A DNA stretch of 64,000 bases, taken from assembly GCA_958296135.2 (NCBI GenBank), contig CATQHZ020000001.1:2784001-2848000 (forward strand), in the 5' to 3' direction. Made by a program: the position numbers and the translations under genes. The notes below the pieces were generated by a model. That model did not search any database. It was not told where the DNA came from and saw only the letters and a program-made list of their open reading frames with translations. The DNA comes from an uncultured Poribacteria bacterium (GTDB lineage: Bacteria; Poribacteria; WGA-4E; WGA-3G). This document shows, piece after piece, positions 8,424 to 19,001 of this stretch; position 1 is the stretch's first letter, and the number at the start of each line of letters is the position of its first letter.

Positions 8424-10370
8424 TTAAAAAGCGCGCTCCAGGCCGTAAAAAAGCTTCGGGCTTAACGCCGATGACATGGGCGCGTCAAGTGCGAAGGCAT
8501 ATTCAATCAGAAAGATGCCGGTGCCGCCGACCTGGGAGAAACTGCCCCGCAACCCAAACCCGACGCTGCGCTTGGGGTCTGCCAGATTAAACGTCCGCTT
8601 GCCATTCCAAATGTAACCGATATCGGCGAAGACGGTTGCGCTCAACACGAGCCCGATGTTCACCGGGCTGCCAGTAAAGGGCATAACACAGAACGTAGCG
8701 ACAGTGTCAATACCGTCATGGAGTTTTCGGAAGACAGTGCCGCCCAATACCGTGCGGGATTCAAGGCTCATCAGCATCAACTTTTCGCCACTAAATTGAC
8801 GCAAACTGTAGCCGCGCAATCCGTTCAATGCCCCGAGCGCAACCTGGCTTTCCCCCCGCCATCCGAACTGCATCGTTGTCTTAAATTGCGCGAGGAACGT
8901 CTGATGGAAGTCAAAGAGGCCGTTCTCTTTAAAGCCGCTCTCAAGCGTATAGATGTCGCCCGTGTTGAATACGTCCGTGTAAAATAAAGTCGTCCGCGCC
9001 TGAATAATAGAACGCTCAATTCGGCTAGTGAAGTTGGTGTTGAGGGCTATTGTCGTCGTGCCAAAGAGGCGTTGTCCGCGCATCCATCCGTTGCCAAGGG
9101 CCAGTTCTACATAAGATTCTGTCCGGTCTGAACCGTAGAGCGGTGATGCGTGCCCGAGGGAAAGTCCGTATTGAGAGCCGATAAAAAAGTTTTCCGTCTG
9201 TCCCATCCGCATGAGAAACCGGGTCTTGTGGTATGCGACGCGCTGCCGGCCAACGGTGATGCCGAAGCGTTTGATGTCTCGGTTTCGCAGGGCGGCCGCG
9301 GAGGATTCGCTTTTTTCAATTAATTCGTATGTTGAACGGCGTGCGGTTGCCCAAAGTCCGACGTAGGTTTGCTGCTGCCGGTCGCCGAAATAGCGGCGTA
9401 TGCGGCCGGATACGCCGCGGAGATGTTGCTCAAAAGTATCGGTTCGTGTCGCGTCTTCATACCATGAGACAGGGTCACTTGACTCTAATAAGTGAAACCG
9501 CGCGCTCCACCGACTTTTGAGGGAGTATTGTGGCCTTTCCAGGAGCACGCGCCACGAATCGCCGATGCGTTCCTGAGTATATTCGCCATCAAAGTTCCAA
9601 TGCGAATTGAAAAGGCGCGGCATCTCATACTTCCATCGAAAGAAACTCCGCGTCTTTTCGTCAACTTCGCTGATCCGTTCATAACTGAATTGTGTCGCAT
9701 GTCCAGTGCCGGAGAGGTTCGCTTCTCTCACTCTAGCGAGGAACCGCCCGCCTTGGCTGTTGAAATTCGGTTCTAAAGCACCGAGGAGCGTCCAGAGCTC
9801 TTTGACGGTAACGTGAACGGACACAGTCTGCGACAAAGCATCCCACCGCGCTTCAATCCTCGGGTCGCCGATGTATCGTTTTCTTCGCAGAATCTGTTCG
9901 CTCTCTTCCTTGTCCGCCTCGGTGTAGACATCGCCAATACCAAACAGGAGTTCGCGGAGAATAACGGCATCTTTGGTTTTCGTGTTGCCAGCAAGGGTGA
10001 TTTTGCCGATGATGCCTTCGTCTATCTCAAAGCGGATATAAACGCCATCGCCGAATTGTTTGACAGCGAGCTTCTCCTGTGGCACGCGGGCGAAGGGGAA
10101 GCCTTTCTCGTGATAGAAACGGACAATTACGTCAAAATCTTGTTTCAGCACATTCTCATCATAAGTGCGCCACACATCTGTCCGCATGAGGGTGCGAATT
10201 TGTGCTTCCGGAAACGAATCGTTACCGGAAATGACAAGACTGCGAACAACACTGGCCGCGTTCTGACTTCGCACCGTTTGCAGCGGCGGTGCCGCACCGA
10301 GGGCGAGTTGCACGGTGAAGGTAACAAGGAGGCACACGAGCGGCAGGAGTTGTATGAATAGGCGTGGCAT
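8424..10370 (-). CDS. BamA/TamA (Omp85) family outer membrane protein with POTRA domains
   Basis: Signal peptide; POTRA motifs ISGNDSF and LAGNTKTKDAVILREL; LRGY motif; C-terminal Phe. Confidence 0.8.
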   Translation of the reverse strand: MPRLFIQLLPLVCLLVTFTVQLALGAAPPLQTVRSQNAASVVRSLVISGNDSFPEAQIRTLMRTDVWRTYDENVLKQDFDVIVRFYHEKGFPFARVPQEKLAVKQFGDGVYIRFEIDEGIIGKITLAGNTKTKDAVILRELLFGIGDVYTEADKEESEQILRRKRYIGDPRIEARWDALSQTVSVHVTVKELWTLLGALEPNFNSQGGRFLARVREANLSGTGHATQFSYERISEVDEKTRSFFRWKYEMPRLFNSHWNFDGEYTQERIGDSWRVLLERPQYSLKSRWSARFHLLESSDPVSWYEDATRTDTFEQHLRGVSGRIRRYFGDRQQQTYVGLWATARRSTYELIEKSESSAAALRNRDIKRFGITVGRQRVAYHKTRFLMRMGQTENFFIGSQYGLSLGHASPLYGSDRTESYVELALGNGWMRGQRLFGTTTIALNTNFTSRIERSIIQARTTLFYTDVFNTGDIYTLESGFKENGLFDFHQTFLAQFKTTMQFGWRGESQVALGALNGLRGYSLRQFSGEKLMLMSLESRTVLGGTVFRKLHDGIDTVATFCVMPFTGSPVNIGLVLSATVFADIGYIWNGKRTFNLADPKRSVGFGLRGSFSQVGGTGIFLIEYAFALDAPMSSALSPKLFYGLERAF

Positions 10371-12580
10371 TATCTGTTACCTGCGGCGGACGCGCTGCCG
10401 ACGAGGCCGGTCCTGCTGGTTAATCGGTTCGAGACAAAGCTTTCAAGAAATAAAAGCGTCACGGCGACAATGAGTAATTCGCCCCAGATTTCTCTGCCGT
10501 GTCGCTGGACGTTGTAGGAAACCTCAGCATCCATGCCAGGTGCTCCATCGGTTTCGGTTATTTGCGCGCCTACTCGCGCGGCCGCCTTCTCAATGTCAAC
10601 CGGTGCCAAATCGGATTCGCCCGGGTCTACGTTAACGGCAAAGAAGTCTCGCTCAAGTCGTCCCTGCGTTTGCACCTCAACCTGATAGATGCCGGGGTAT
10701 TCTGTCCCTTCAAAACGGAGGGTTCCGTCCTCCGCGATAGGTTTTTTGTCTGGCGCAATGCGTTCGGACATGTCCTCTTGTTCTGTTAAGAGTGTCTTGC
10801 CAGCACCGTCATCGACGTTGTCGATGCCTACATTCTTGGTTTTTCCATATCCTACTGCTGTGCGTTTTATAGCGGCTGTCGCGCCAGCACTGCGCGGATA
10901 GCGCGCTGTCCAAGGTTCACCTACCCTGACATCAGAGCGGCGGGAAACGCTTCCTTGCCCGGACAATACTTGTGCGTAAAGCACACTCTGTTGAAGGAGC
11001 GGGAGAAAATAAGGATTGAGGAGCTGCGTCTGAAGCCCACAGTTATAGAGTAACACAAGGCCTTTTTCGATCAGAAAGGGGGTTCCATCGCCGAAGCGGG
11101 CAACGACATTCGCTTCAGCTGTAGGGACAAGCATCATGCCGTTGTGAAATTGCGGGGCATACTGCTCGGGAAACCCATCGCTGGGAAAGATGTCAAAAAT
11201 CGGGTGCGCGGCGTTATATTCCGTAATCTGTTGCGGCGGTGCCCACGTGAGCGGCGTGCCTACCTGTGCAGGCAAAATATCGCCCAGTTGTGCGTAGGTA
11301 ACGGGCTCAGGCGAGCCCGTTCTATCACTGACGAAGGCGATGATGCTTTTCCGGCTGCGGATGCACGCGTGAAGCTGCGCCCGAATTTGTGCTGTCACCT
11401 TCGGGACATCTGCGAGGATAACAACGTCATAATCCTCAAGCGGAAATGTCTCGAATTCAGCGGGCGTGCATGCCGTTGGCAGAATCATCGTCCCGCTGTT
11501 TGGGTTGAGTGCCAACGTGAGGGTATGTGTCTGTTCGCCGACACATAGAACGCGCACTTCTCCGAGTGCCTCAAAGGCGAAATACCGCCGATTGTCGGCA
11601 CTCAACCTATCGGGAGTCAGCGTGAAATAGCCGGTATGCGTGCCGGGTGTGGAGAAGCGATGCGTTAAAGGTGTCGTCAGCGATTCGTCTGCTGCTGCGG
11701 AAAAAGTCATGGTTCGCCGTTTTTGTCCTCCGATAAACAACGTCAACGTGCTCTGTTCCAACGGTGCCGCTGAATGATTCGTCCCTGTCACATACAATTG
11801 GAACGACAGATTCATCCCGATTAGTTGATTTGAGGGCACAATTTCTTCAATATTCGTGTTATGTGGGTTTTGTGCCGTAACCGGCACCAGGAAGATACGC
11901 GCGCCGGAGAAATTCGAGATGCGTCCCCAGTTTGCCCACCCGTTCTCAGCGAAATCCGAAATCAGATAGATTTCCCTGTTCAATGCAGTTCTTGCTAGAG
12001 GCTCGCTCTCCCGGGCGCGATGCTCTCCCGACAAGATGTCGTGTGCGAGCTCCAGACTCAGTTGCACGTTTGTCGCACGGTAGGAGACTTCCGCCTCGTC
12101 AATCGCCGCGATGACGCTCTCAACGTCGGGAGTGAGCTGGCGAAAGACAGGCCGTGCGACATCGGACATGAGGATAAGCGAGGCACTATCGCCGTGACGA
12201 AGGGAACGGAGGACATCGATGCCCAACGCCTTCGCCTTTTCAAACGCCACACCCTCAACACCTTCATAAGCCATGCTGTAGGAATTATCTAGGATAATGA
12301 CAACATCGGTCTTGGCGCGGACGGCGGACAGCGGCAGCCCTAGCGTTAAAAACGGACGCGCCAATGCCAGCGCGACGAGCGCAACGATGAGCATCCGCAA
12401 TAGCAGAATCAGGAGGTTTTTGAGTTGGACGCGGCGGACATTTTGACGATGTGCCGCCACGAGGAACATCAGACTGCTAAAATCTATCGTCACCACGCGG
12501 CGACGATTCCAGAGATGGATGAGCAGGGGAATGCCAGCGGCGAGCAGCCCGAAGAGGAAAAGTGGGTTGAGAAATGCCAT
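10370..12580 (-). CDS. BatA N-terminal domain plus VWA domain membrane protein
   Basis: FLNPLFL..IPLLIHL..FSSL; LARP; MIDAS-like LDNSYSM; FAVNVDPGESDL; C-terminal TM helix. Confidence 0.88.
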   Translation of the reverse strand: MAFLNPLFLFGLLAAGIPLLIHLWNRRRVVTIDFSSLMFLVAAHRQNVRRVQLKNLLILLLRMLIVALVALALARPFLTLGLPLSAVRAKTDVVIILDNSYSMAYEGVEGVAFEKAKALGIDVLRSLRHGDSASLILMSDVARPVFRQLTPDVESVIAAIDEAEVSYRATNVQLSLELAHDILSGEHRARESEPLARTALNREIYLISDFAENGWANWGRISNFSGARIFLVPVTAQNPHNTNIEEIVPSNQLIGMNLSFQLYVTGTNHSAAPLEQSTLTLFIGGQKRRTMTFSAAADESLTTPLTHRFSTPGTHTGYFTLTPDRLSADNRRYFAFEALGEVRVLCVGEQTHTLTLALNPNSGTMILPTACTPAEFETFPLEDYDVVILADVPKVTAQIRAQLHACIRSRKSIIAFVSDRTGSPEPVTYAQLGDILPAQVGTPLTWAPPQQITEYNAAHPIFDIFPSDGFPEQYAPQFHNGMMLVPTAEANVVARFGDGTPFLIEKGLVLLYNCGLQTQLLNPYFLPLLQQSVLYAQVLSGQGSVSRRSDVRVGEPWTARYPRSAGATAAIKRTAVGYGKTKNVGIDNVDDGAGKTLLTEQEDMSERIAPDKKPIAEDGTLRFEGTEYPGIYQVEVQTQGRLERDFFAVNVDPGESDLAPVDIEKAAARVGAQITETDGAPGMDAEVSYNVQRHGREIWGELLIVAVTLLFLESFVSNRLTSRTGLVGSASAAGNR

Positions 12581-12772
12581 ATTTTGTCTTTCACAATGTG
12601 TTCGGACAGCGTTACTGAGTCAATAACATCTGCTTACCAAGTGTGTCATCAACGTTGTTGATGACTACGTTATACCCAATTCACCTCTGTCGTTCGGGCT
12701 CGCCGCGGGTCGGAGGCCAAGCAGGCGAGTTGGTTTCCCTACAGACGCAAGACAAATCAACTTCATTTCGGA

Positions 12773-14272
12773 CTACTCAATAACGACAATTTCAAGTTGA
12801 TTCAGCGTCCGAAAGACGCCTTCCGCGAATTCTAACAGCGTATCCGATTCCAAAGTGCTGCCACCCAGTTGAATGTGATTTGCATCGTCGAGCGTCTGTC
12901 CTAGCGTCGGATCCATTTGCACCCAGCTGCCGACGTAGACTTCGGGCCAGAAGTGGTAATAGAACGCATCTTTTGAAAAGATGAGCCCAGAACAGATTCG
13001 CGCCGGAATGCCAACCGAACGTGCCAGCGCGATAAACAGGACGGTATGCTCCGTGCAATCTCCGGAACGCGAATCTAACGTCGTCAATGCAGAACTGTAG
13101 CCGCCGCTCAACTTTTTATCTGTAATAGCGGTGTAAACCCATCGGCACAATTTCTCGGCCGCACGCCATGAATTGACTTCACCCTCCAAAATTTCGCCGG
13201 TCTTCGCACGAATTTCGGGGTGGCCCGACTGAATATAGACACTTGAACCCAGAAACGCGCTTTCTGCGTCCTGAATCGGTAAGTCTGGGCAATGCGCCGC
13301 AGCAATCGTAGGGACCTGAATTGAAAGTTTACCGGCATGTTCGGAGATAACCTCCAGTTTCTGCATAGCGGTGGACATCACCGCTTCGGAAATGCTCCGC
13401 TCTGTGAGTCGCACCTCGGCCACGAGGCGTTCTGCTGCCGGAATAGGACGCTTGCCGCCGGGCAGGATACGGGTTCGTAAAACGATGTCAACTTCGCCGA
13501 TGTCCCCGAGCGCGGTTTGTCTGTCGGTTTTCGTCAGTGCCATCGACAGCCCCATCAGCGGCACCTCGGTGCGGTAGGTCACCCCATCGCCGCCGAGCCA
13601 CACCCGTGCGGTAATGCCGCCCATCATATCGGTTGTCTGCTTGACGACGTAAACCTGTTTCTCCTCCCCACGGTAGGTTAAGGTTTCTTCGGCGAGCACC
13701 TCGAGCTCTGTCTTGACTGGTTTGAGGATGTCGAAAAGGAACGAATGAACAATCTTTTTATCGCCAACGTGGATAGGTTTTTGAGCCAACAGTGCATCCC
13801 CGGTCATAAATTCGGAAATCGTTCCAGATGGGACAAGGACTTCGGATTCTGTCGTTTCGCCGTTGAGCGTCATCTTGATGTAGGCAACGCCCCCTACAAT
13901 TCGGCCCTCCACCTGTTTTGAGCCGTTTTCATTAGAGGTAGAGAGGAAGTAGCGCGGCACCAGATCTGCGCCGGTATATTCAAGGCGCGTTGTCTCAATC
14001 GTCATACCCATCCCGAAACCCTTCAGACTCATTACCGTCTCGACCTTGTTCCGCTTCACCTTTTCGCCCTGATACTCGGCATTTTCAAGATAGGTATGCA
14101 TATAGCCTATCTTGGTGCCCATCAGAGTGACGTTATACCAATGTTCGCCCGCCTGGCCCTGTTGTAGCATCTTCTGATATGCTCCTTGTCCTTGGTCTGC
14201 GGCGTGCGCCGTTGCTGCCACAATCCAAACGGTGACGAAGCAGCACAGAAGGTAAAGTTTTGATAATGTCAT
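12773..14272 (-). CDS. Secreted transglutaminase-like domain protein
   Basis: GDCTEH, ARSVGIPAR, YHFWPEVY, MDPT catalytic motifs; signal peptide; RBS aaaggag. Confidence 0.88.
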   Translation of the reverse strand: MTLSKLYLLCCFVTVWIVAATAHAADQGQGAYQKMLQQGQAGEHWYNVTLMGTKIGYMHTYLENAEYQGEKVKRNKVETVMSLKGFGMGMTIETTRLEYTGADLVPRYFLSTSNENGSKQVEGRIVGGVAYIKMTLNGETTESEVLVPSGTISEFMTGDALLAQKPIHVGDKKIVHSFLFDILKPVKTELEVLAEETLTYRGEEKQVYVVKQTTDMMGGITARVWLGGDGVTYRTEVPLMGLSMALTKTDRQTALGDIGEVDIVLRTRILPGGKRPIPAAERLVAEVRLTERSISEAVMSTAMQKLEVISEHAGKLSIQVPTIAAAHCPDLPIQDAESAFLGSSVYIQSGHPEIRAKTGEILEGEVNSWRAAEKLCRWVYTAITDKKLSGGYSSALTTLDSRSGDCTEHTVLFIALARSVGIPARICSGLIFSKDAFYYHFWPEVYVGSWVQMDPTLGQTLDDANHIQLGGSTLESDTLLEFAEGVFRTLNQLEIVVIE

Positions 14273-14328
14273 AAGATTGGGACTCCTTTTGTATACATGG
14301 AACGCCGTGCGCATTTCCACCTATGTTA

Positions 14329-14357
14329 ATTATACCCAATATATCCGCTAATGTCAA
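14329..14357 (-). promoter_or_regulatory. Sigma70 promoter TTGACA-17-TATAAT
   Basis: Perfect consensus upstream of the transglutaminase gene. Confidence 0.8.
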
Positions 14358-14373
14358 ACTTTTCCCAAACCCC

Positions 14374-14401
14374 GTAGGCGCGGTTGCAAATCGCGCCCTA
14401 C
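14374..14401. repeat. GTAG-headed REP-like palindrome gtaggcgcg..cgcgcctac (also 24721-24747, 31642-31668, 47704-47730, ~52878-52940, ~56283-56310)
   Basis: Many near-identical ~27 bp intergenic hairpins. Confidence 0.85.
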
Positions 14402-14754
14402 CCGCGGAGAATGATGACATTGCGGCTGTCCTATGGATTATGAGAACAAGAGACGTGGATAATCCCGCTCATCAGCATCAAACGCCAGAATCTTTTTAAT
14501 TTTGCCCGGCTGTGCCCAATTGCACTTGCCAGCCCCATTGAGTTGCCGCAACAAAGCAGGAATTTCCGGGTGCTCAAGTGCAGTTTTAATTCGCTGTGCC
14601 TCCTGTTCAGTCCAGCAAGGAATAAAGGCATGCATGGACTGATCACCTTGCCAAACTTGCCCATCCACATCGGATAGCACAATCGGGTTAAACTCGCTTC
14701 TGCCATACGCTTCCCACATCACCTTAAAAGGCGCAAATGCATAAGGACCGGCTC

Positions 14755-14960
14755 CTAGCACAGCCCACCAACACCGCACTACATAACCTATGAGCATCTC
14801 GTCAAATGTAGACTTATCTGGAAACCTGTGCAAAGTCTACGAGTCTCTGAGAGGTCAGCGGTTTCCTGCTTCTTCCGCGCACACGCGGGTTCTGATGCCA
14901 GCCTACCAAAGTAGGTGTGACAGCATCTCCACAGGCGTTTAGACTCTCGTCCGTGCTAGA
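14755..14960 (-). ncRNA. Putative TnpB omega/reRNA scaffold plus flank-derived guide (boundaries approximate)
   Basis: Minus-strand AACGCCTGTGGAG and GAAGCAGGAA motifs overlap the tnpB 3' end; hairpin gtagactt..aagtctac before the right end. Confidence 0.55.
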
Positions 14961-16243
14961 CGCGAGTTGTCGAAGGTTTATAGCGGCGTTAACATCCCGA
15001 TCTTCAACGAATCCACAAACACCGCAGTGGTATTCTCTGTCCTTGAGCGTCAGTTTGAATTCGCCACGTTTGACGTATCCACAGGAACTGCATCGCTGTG
15101 TTGACGGCCAGAACTTATCTGCTGACACAATGCGGATGCCGCGCCACACCGCTTTATATTTGAGTGTCACGAGGAAGCCGCCAAGACTTGCATCGGCGAG
15201 TGCCTTGCTCAACTTGCGGTTCTTCATCAAACCTTTCACGGTGAGGCTCTCGATGCCAAGTGCCGAGATGCCTTGCAGGATGCGATGTGTCACCTGATGA
15301 TGGGCATCGGTTCGCACATTTGCTATACGGGCATGCAGGCGGGCGAGGCGTTCCTTCGCCTTCCACCAGTTTTTGCTCAGGAACGTCTTGCGGGCGAGTG
15401 CCTTATTTGCACGGCGTAGTTTGCGTTCATTGACGCGCAAGGCACGCGGATTTTCGTAGACAGTGCCATCGTCCATCGTGGCGAGGGCAGAGATGCCGAC
15501 ATCACAACCTGCAGGGGGCAGTGCTGACGTGTCGGGCGGTTCCGGGACATCAACTTCGACAAGGATGCTGAGATACCAACGATGTGCGATGCGTTTGACG
15601 AAAGCACGGCGAACTTCACCTGTCCATCGAGGGGGTTCATGCAACCTAACCTGTCCAATTATCGGAAGGACGACGTGTTTGCCGTCCTCCGTTATTTTGA
15701 CGCTATCCACACCATTATCAATCTGGAACGCGGGCGGAGACTTATGCGTCTTCCGTTTGGGCGCACCATTCTGTCCCGATTTGTATCTGGCGATAGCATC
15801 ACCGAAAGCGTGGATAGCATTCTTGCCTGCGTTTTGAGAACACGCGGCGAATTCGGGGAACACCTGCCGCTTCCGTGAGTTGAAGATTTTCTTCAAATCG
15901 TAGAGGGAGTTACGGCGGTCGGCGTTCCAATCCGAATGCGCGGCATTATAGGCGGCGCGTGCGAATTGCACATGCAGGTTAAATGCCTCCACCTGTTCCT
16001 CAGTTGGATTGAGCGCTATCTTCTGGGCTCGTCGTGCCATAGCGTCACCGTTCCCGTTGGTTGTCACCTGCTGCTAGATAGGTGGGGCGAGAGACACGGC
16101 GGGAAGCCGCGCCTAGCCGTCTCGCCCCCAACGGTAACTACATTCTACCACAAATCCACGCCGACTGCAAGTCAAAATGCACACTGCTAGATTAGGGTAG
16201 ATTATCCTAGTATCTCATAGAGTTATCGTCACTGCACCGAGCC
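14774..16243 (-). mobile_element. Non-autonomous IS607-like element (tnpB only) with GG core at both junctions
   Basis: Excision at the shared GG restores AAA GGG TGT TGG TGG (KGCWW) in frame; no tnpA inside. Confidence 0.7.
14814..16040 (-). CDS. tnpB: RNA-guided endonuclease TnpB
   Basis: KIALNPT..ARAAYN N-terminus; RuvC-I GCDVG, RuvC-II IESL, zinc finger CSSC..CGVC, RuvC-III DRDVNAAINL. Confidence 0.92.
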   Translation of the reverse strand: MARRAQKIALNPTEEQVEAFNLHVQFARAAYNAAHSDWNADRRNSLYDLKKIFNSRKRQVFPEFAACSQNAGKNAIHAFGDAIARYKSGQNGAPKRKTHKSPPAFQIDNGVDSVKITEDGKHVVLPIIGQVRLHEPPRWTGEVRRAFVKRIAHRWYLSILVEVDVPEPPDTSALPPAGCDVGISALATMDDGTVYENPRALRVNERKLRRANKALARKTFLSKNWWKAKERLARLHARIANVRTDAHHQVTHRILQGISALGIESLTVKGLMKNRKLSKALADASLGGFLVTLKYKAVWRGIRIVSADKFWPSTQRCSSCGYVKRGEFKLTLKDREYHCGVCGFVEDRDVNAAINLRQLASSTDESLNACGDAVTPTLVGWHQNPRVRGRSRKPLTSQRLVDFAQVSR

Positions 16244-17466
16244 CTTTATCGATAGCAGCGCGAAGGAACAGCCCTTTCCGAGCCTGGAGAAGCCCTTGGA
16301 CAGACTGCAGATGTTCTACTAACCCATCATGCAGTCGGATCTGATGCCACGTGAGCGGCTTTGCGGTGTGCCGCTGATACGGAAGCAGGATCCACTTGCA
16401 GGGAGAAGGGGGCTTTTGCCCCAGTTCTCCTTTGTTGCCAGCGGATATAGAAATTCTTCGGGGAGATGTGCAGGTGGACACTCAAAAACGAATGCACTCT
16501 TCGCACCGCAGGTATTGATTCCCTGCCGCGGTGTCTGCACTGCCGACAGCCGAATGTCAAGCGTTTCACCCATCTTTATTTCGTCAAGGGTTCGCACAAC
16601 ACGCCACGGATCATCGCGGTTTTTGAGGGGCACTGCTTTTTGCTCACGCCATGTCGCGCGATTTGCAAAAAACTGGCGAGACCGGGAGGACTCTCCTACT
16701 GGGGCATCGCGATGCTCTTTAAAATAGGTGACTGGGAAACGCTGTTCGGTATCTCCCCGAAACCTTGCACATCCATATGCCGTGCTGACACCTTCAAACA
16801 CTTTCGTCGTCGTAAATTCATAGACGGGGCCTACGGCAAAATGCCGCTGATTCGCGCGATAATTTCTAAATCCGCTATGCGCGCCATCGCCAAAAAAGAG
16901 GGAGAGCGGCAGATAAAAATACCCGCAACCGTGCGTTTCCAGCAGCTTTCCCAACACCACTTTTAGTACCAAGGCGGCAATATCAATACGGGAACTGCCG
17001 AGGAGCATCTTTCGTGTATCTGGGACTAGGCCTTCGGCAAGGAAAAAAGTTTGAGGCGCGCCTTGTAATCCACAGGCAAATCGGCGAAATTTGCCCACGG
17101 CGGATTACCGAGGAGAATGTCGTAGGTTCGCGCGTGCCTCTCCATGATAATATCTTGGCAAAACAGTTGCGAAGCAGGGAAATCAACCCCAAAATCTCGC
17201 TTGACGTTTTCGCGAAACCGTGCAAGATGCGCGGGAACTATCTCAATGAGGGTGAGGCGCGACAACAATTCAGGGGTAATAGGGATGCCCCTGCGCTGTG
17301 CAATCTGCAGCAGTGCTAGCGCGAACACTCCCTGTCCGGCCGTCGGTTCGCAGATGTGCGCGCCATCAAGCCACGCGTCAAAAATGCCCCACGTGTTGAT
17401 GAGCCATTTCGCCCATTTTAACGGGGTAAAAAATTGGGCAATCCGCATAAGATTTCACAACGGGAT

Positions 17467-18039
17467 TTACACGGATGCCATTGCAACCGTGTGCGTGTGT
17501 CGCTGTTTCAGTTTGCGATAGTTCCCGAAAATGTCCCGGAAATTTCGCTTGATAAATTTACGAATCCCCGAAATAGTGACGACATAAAATCGCCCGCCCG
17601 GTCTCAAACGCGCTTTCGCATCAGTGAGAAAAATGTGGAAGAGCTCCTTACCGACATTGGCAGGCAAATTGGAGGCAATCACATCAAATCGGACATCGGG
17701 AAGGTGGTTAAACCCGTTGCTCAAAAGGACATGACAGTTCTGAAGTCCGTTTTGCTTCACATTCCTACGCGCGTAGTCTACCGCGACGAAATCTTTGTCT
17801 ACCATATAAACACTCGTTGTCCGCGCGCACTTCGCCATCGCCACACCGATGGCACCGTAGCCGCAGCCCAAATCGAGGCAGGTATCGCCTTCGCGGATGT
17901 CTAATTCCTCAATGAGCAGGCGCGTGCCAGCGTCAATTGCCTTTGGCGAGAAAAGTCCCCACGTTGCGGAAAAACGCATCGGAATGCCGCGCAATTCGGT
18001 ATCAAAGGTAATCTCTCGTGCTGGTGTCTCTATTGCCAT
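17467..18039 (-). CDS. Class I SAM-dependent methyltransferase, RsmC-like small domain
   Basis: GLFSPKAIDAGTRLL, LDLGCGYG, ASNLPA. Confidence 0.85.
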   Translation of the reverse strand: MAIETPAREITFDTELRGIPMRFSATWGLFSPKAIDAGTRLLIEELDIREGDTCLDLGCGYGAIGVAMAKCARTTSVYMVDKDFVAVDYARRNVKQNGLQNCHVLLSNGFNHLPDVRFDVIASNLPANVGKELFHIFLTDAKARLRPGGRFYVVTISGIRKFIKRNFRDIFGNYRKLKQRHTHTVAMASV

Positions 18040-19001
18040 TTGATAAGAACCCCGAGCGCGTCACCGGGGGAGTTCCAGAGCAGATCGAACGCCGCTTTCG
18101 CCTCGGTGTAGTGAAACCGATGCGTAATCATCTCAGCGGCACGGATGTCCCCATTCTGGATTTTTCGCAAGGCGCGCGCCGCAATCTGTGAACGCGGTGC
18201 CTCTGTCAAGATACCGGCGACAAGACGTTTGCTCATCATTTTCGACGAATCTAACGGGAGCGGCTCCTGCTGATAAAGCGCGATGAGTTGAAGAGTTCCC
18301 ATCCGGCGCGTCATCTCTTGTGCCTGCGCGAACGATTTGACACCCGCATAACCACCGACGCAGTCTATCACCAGGTCTGCGCCTTTGCCATCGGTAAGGC
18401 GATGCACCGCTTGAACCGGGTCCTCCGTTGTAGCATTAACGGCAGTATCTGCGCCGAGTTTGCTGGACATCTCACAGCGGAACGGGAGCGCGTCCACGGT
18501 GATGATGCGCGCCGGATGATAGCCTCGCATTACCTGCATCATCAGGCTGCCGACTAAGCCTTGTCCCAAAACGATGACGGTATCGCCTGCCTTCACACCG
18601 GACGAATCTGCCCAAGCCACCGCACTTGTTGCAAGTGGTAGAAACGTGCCTTCTTCAAATGAGACATCATCGAAGATATGGGCGACGCGGCCATCGGTAT
18701 CATTCGGTTCTGCGATGACATATTGCGCGTGCGGTGCTACAACCATGACGCGCGCACCGACGTGATAGCCTGTTACCTCGGCACCGATTTCGTCCACCGT
18801 CCCTGTGAGGGAATAACCCATGATTGAGGGAGAGACAGCCTCCTCGCGGATGTATCGCCGAAATAGTTCGGAGCCGCGGCTAATTAACGTCGTATCGGTT
18901 TTGACACGGATCTGGTTTGCAGTTATCGTCGGTATCGGCACTTCTTCAAGTTGGATGTTGCCGAATCCTTCCGGTTTTGTTACGCGAATCATCAGTGCCA
19001 T
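18030..19001 (-). CDS. Medium-chain (zinc-binding family) dehydrogenase
   Basis: ISRGSE, GYSLTG, GQGLVG, GADLVID. Confidence 0.85.
   Translation of the reverse strand: MALMIRVTKPEGFGNIQLEEVPIPTITANQIRVKTDTTLISRGSELFRRYIREEAVSPSIMGYSLTGTVDEIGAEVTGYHVGARVMVVAPHAQYVIAEPNDTDGRVAHIFDDVSFEEGTFLPLATSAVAWADSSGVKAGDTVIVLGQGLVGSLMMQVMRGYHPARIITVDALPFRCEMSSKLGADTAVNATTEDPVQAVHRLTDGKGADLVIDCVGGYAGVKSFAQAQEMTRRMGTLQLIALYQQEPLPLDSSKMMSKRLVAGILTEAPRSQIAARALRKIQNGDIRAAEMITHRFHYTEAKAAFDLLWNSPGDALGVLIKWQ

Larger units (their letters stand above)
14438..17448 (-). pseudogene. N6-adenine DNA methyltransferase (NPPW class), interrupted by a tnpB element and carrying two homopolymer frameshifts
   Basis: QFFTP, ICEPTAGQG, LGNPPW; reading continues via ORFs 16319-17098 and 16215-16481 (..AAIDKG) and resumes after the insertion as CWWAVLGAGPYAF. 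Confidence 0.8.

Noticed and set aside
16040-16243. IStron (group I intron fused to an IS607 element)
   Set aside because: Only about 200 nt between the left end and tnpB, occupied by a promoter and hairpin; no recognisable group I core
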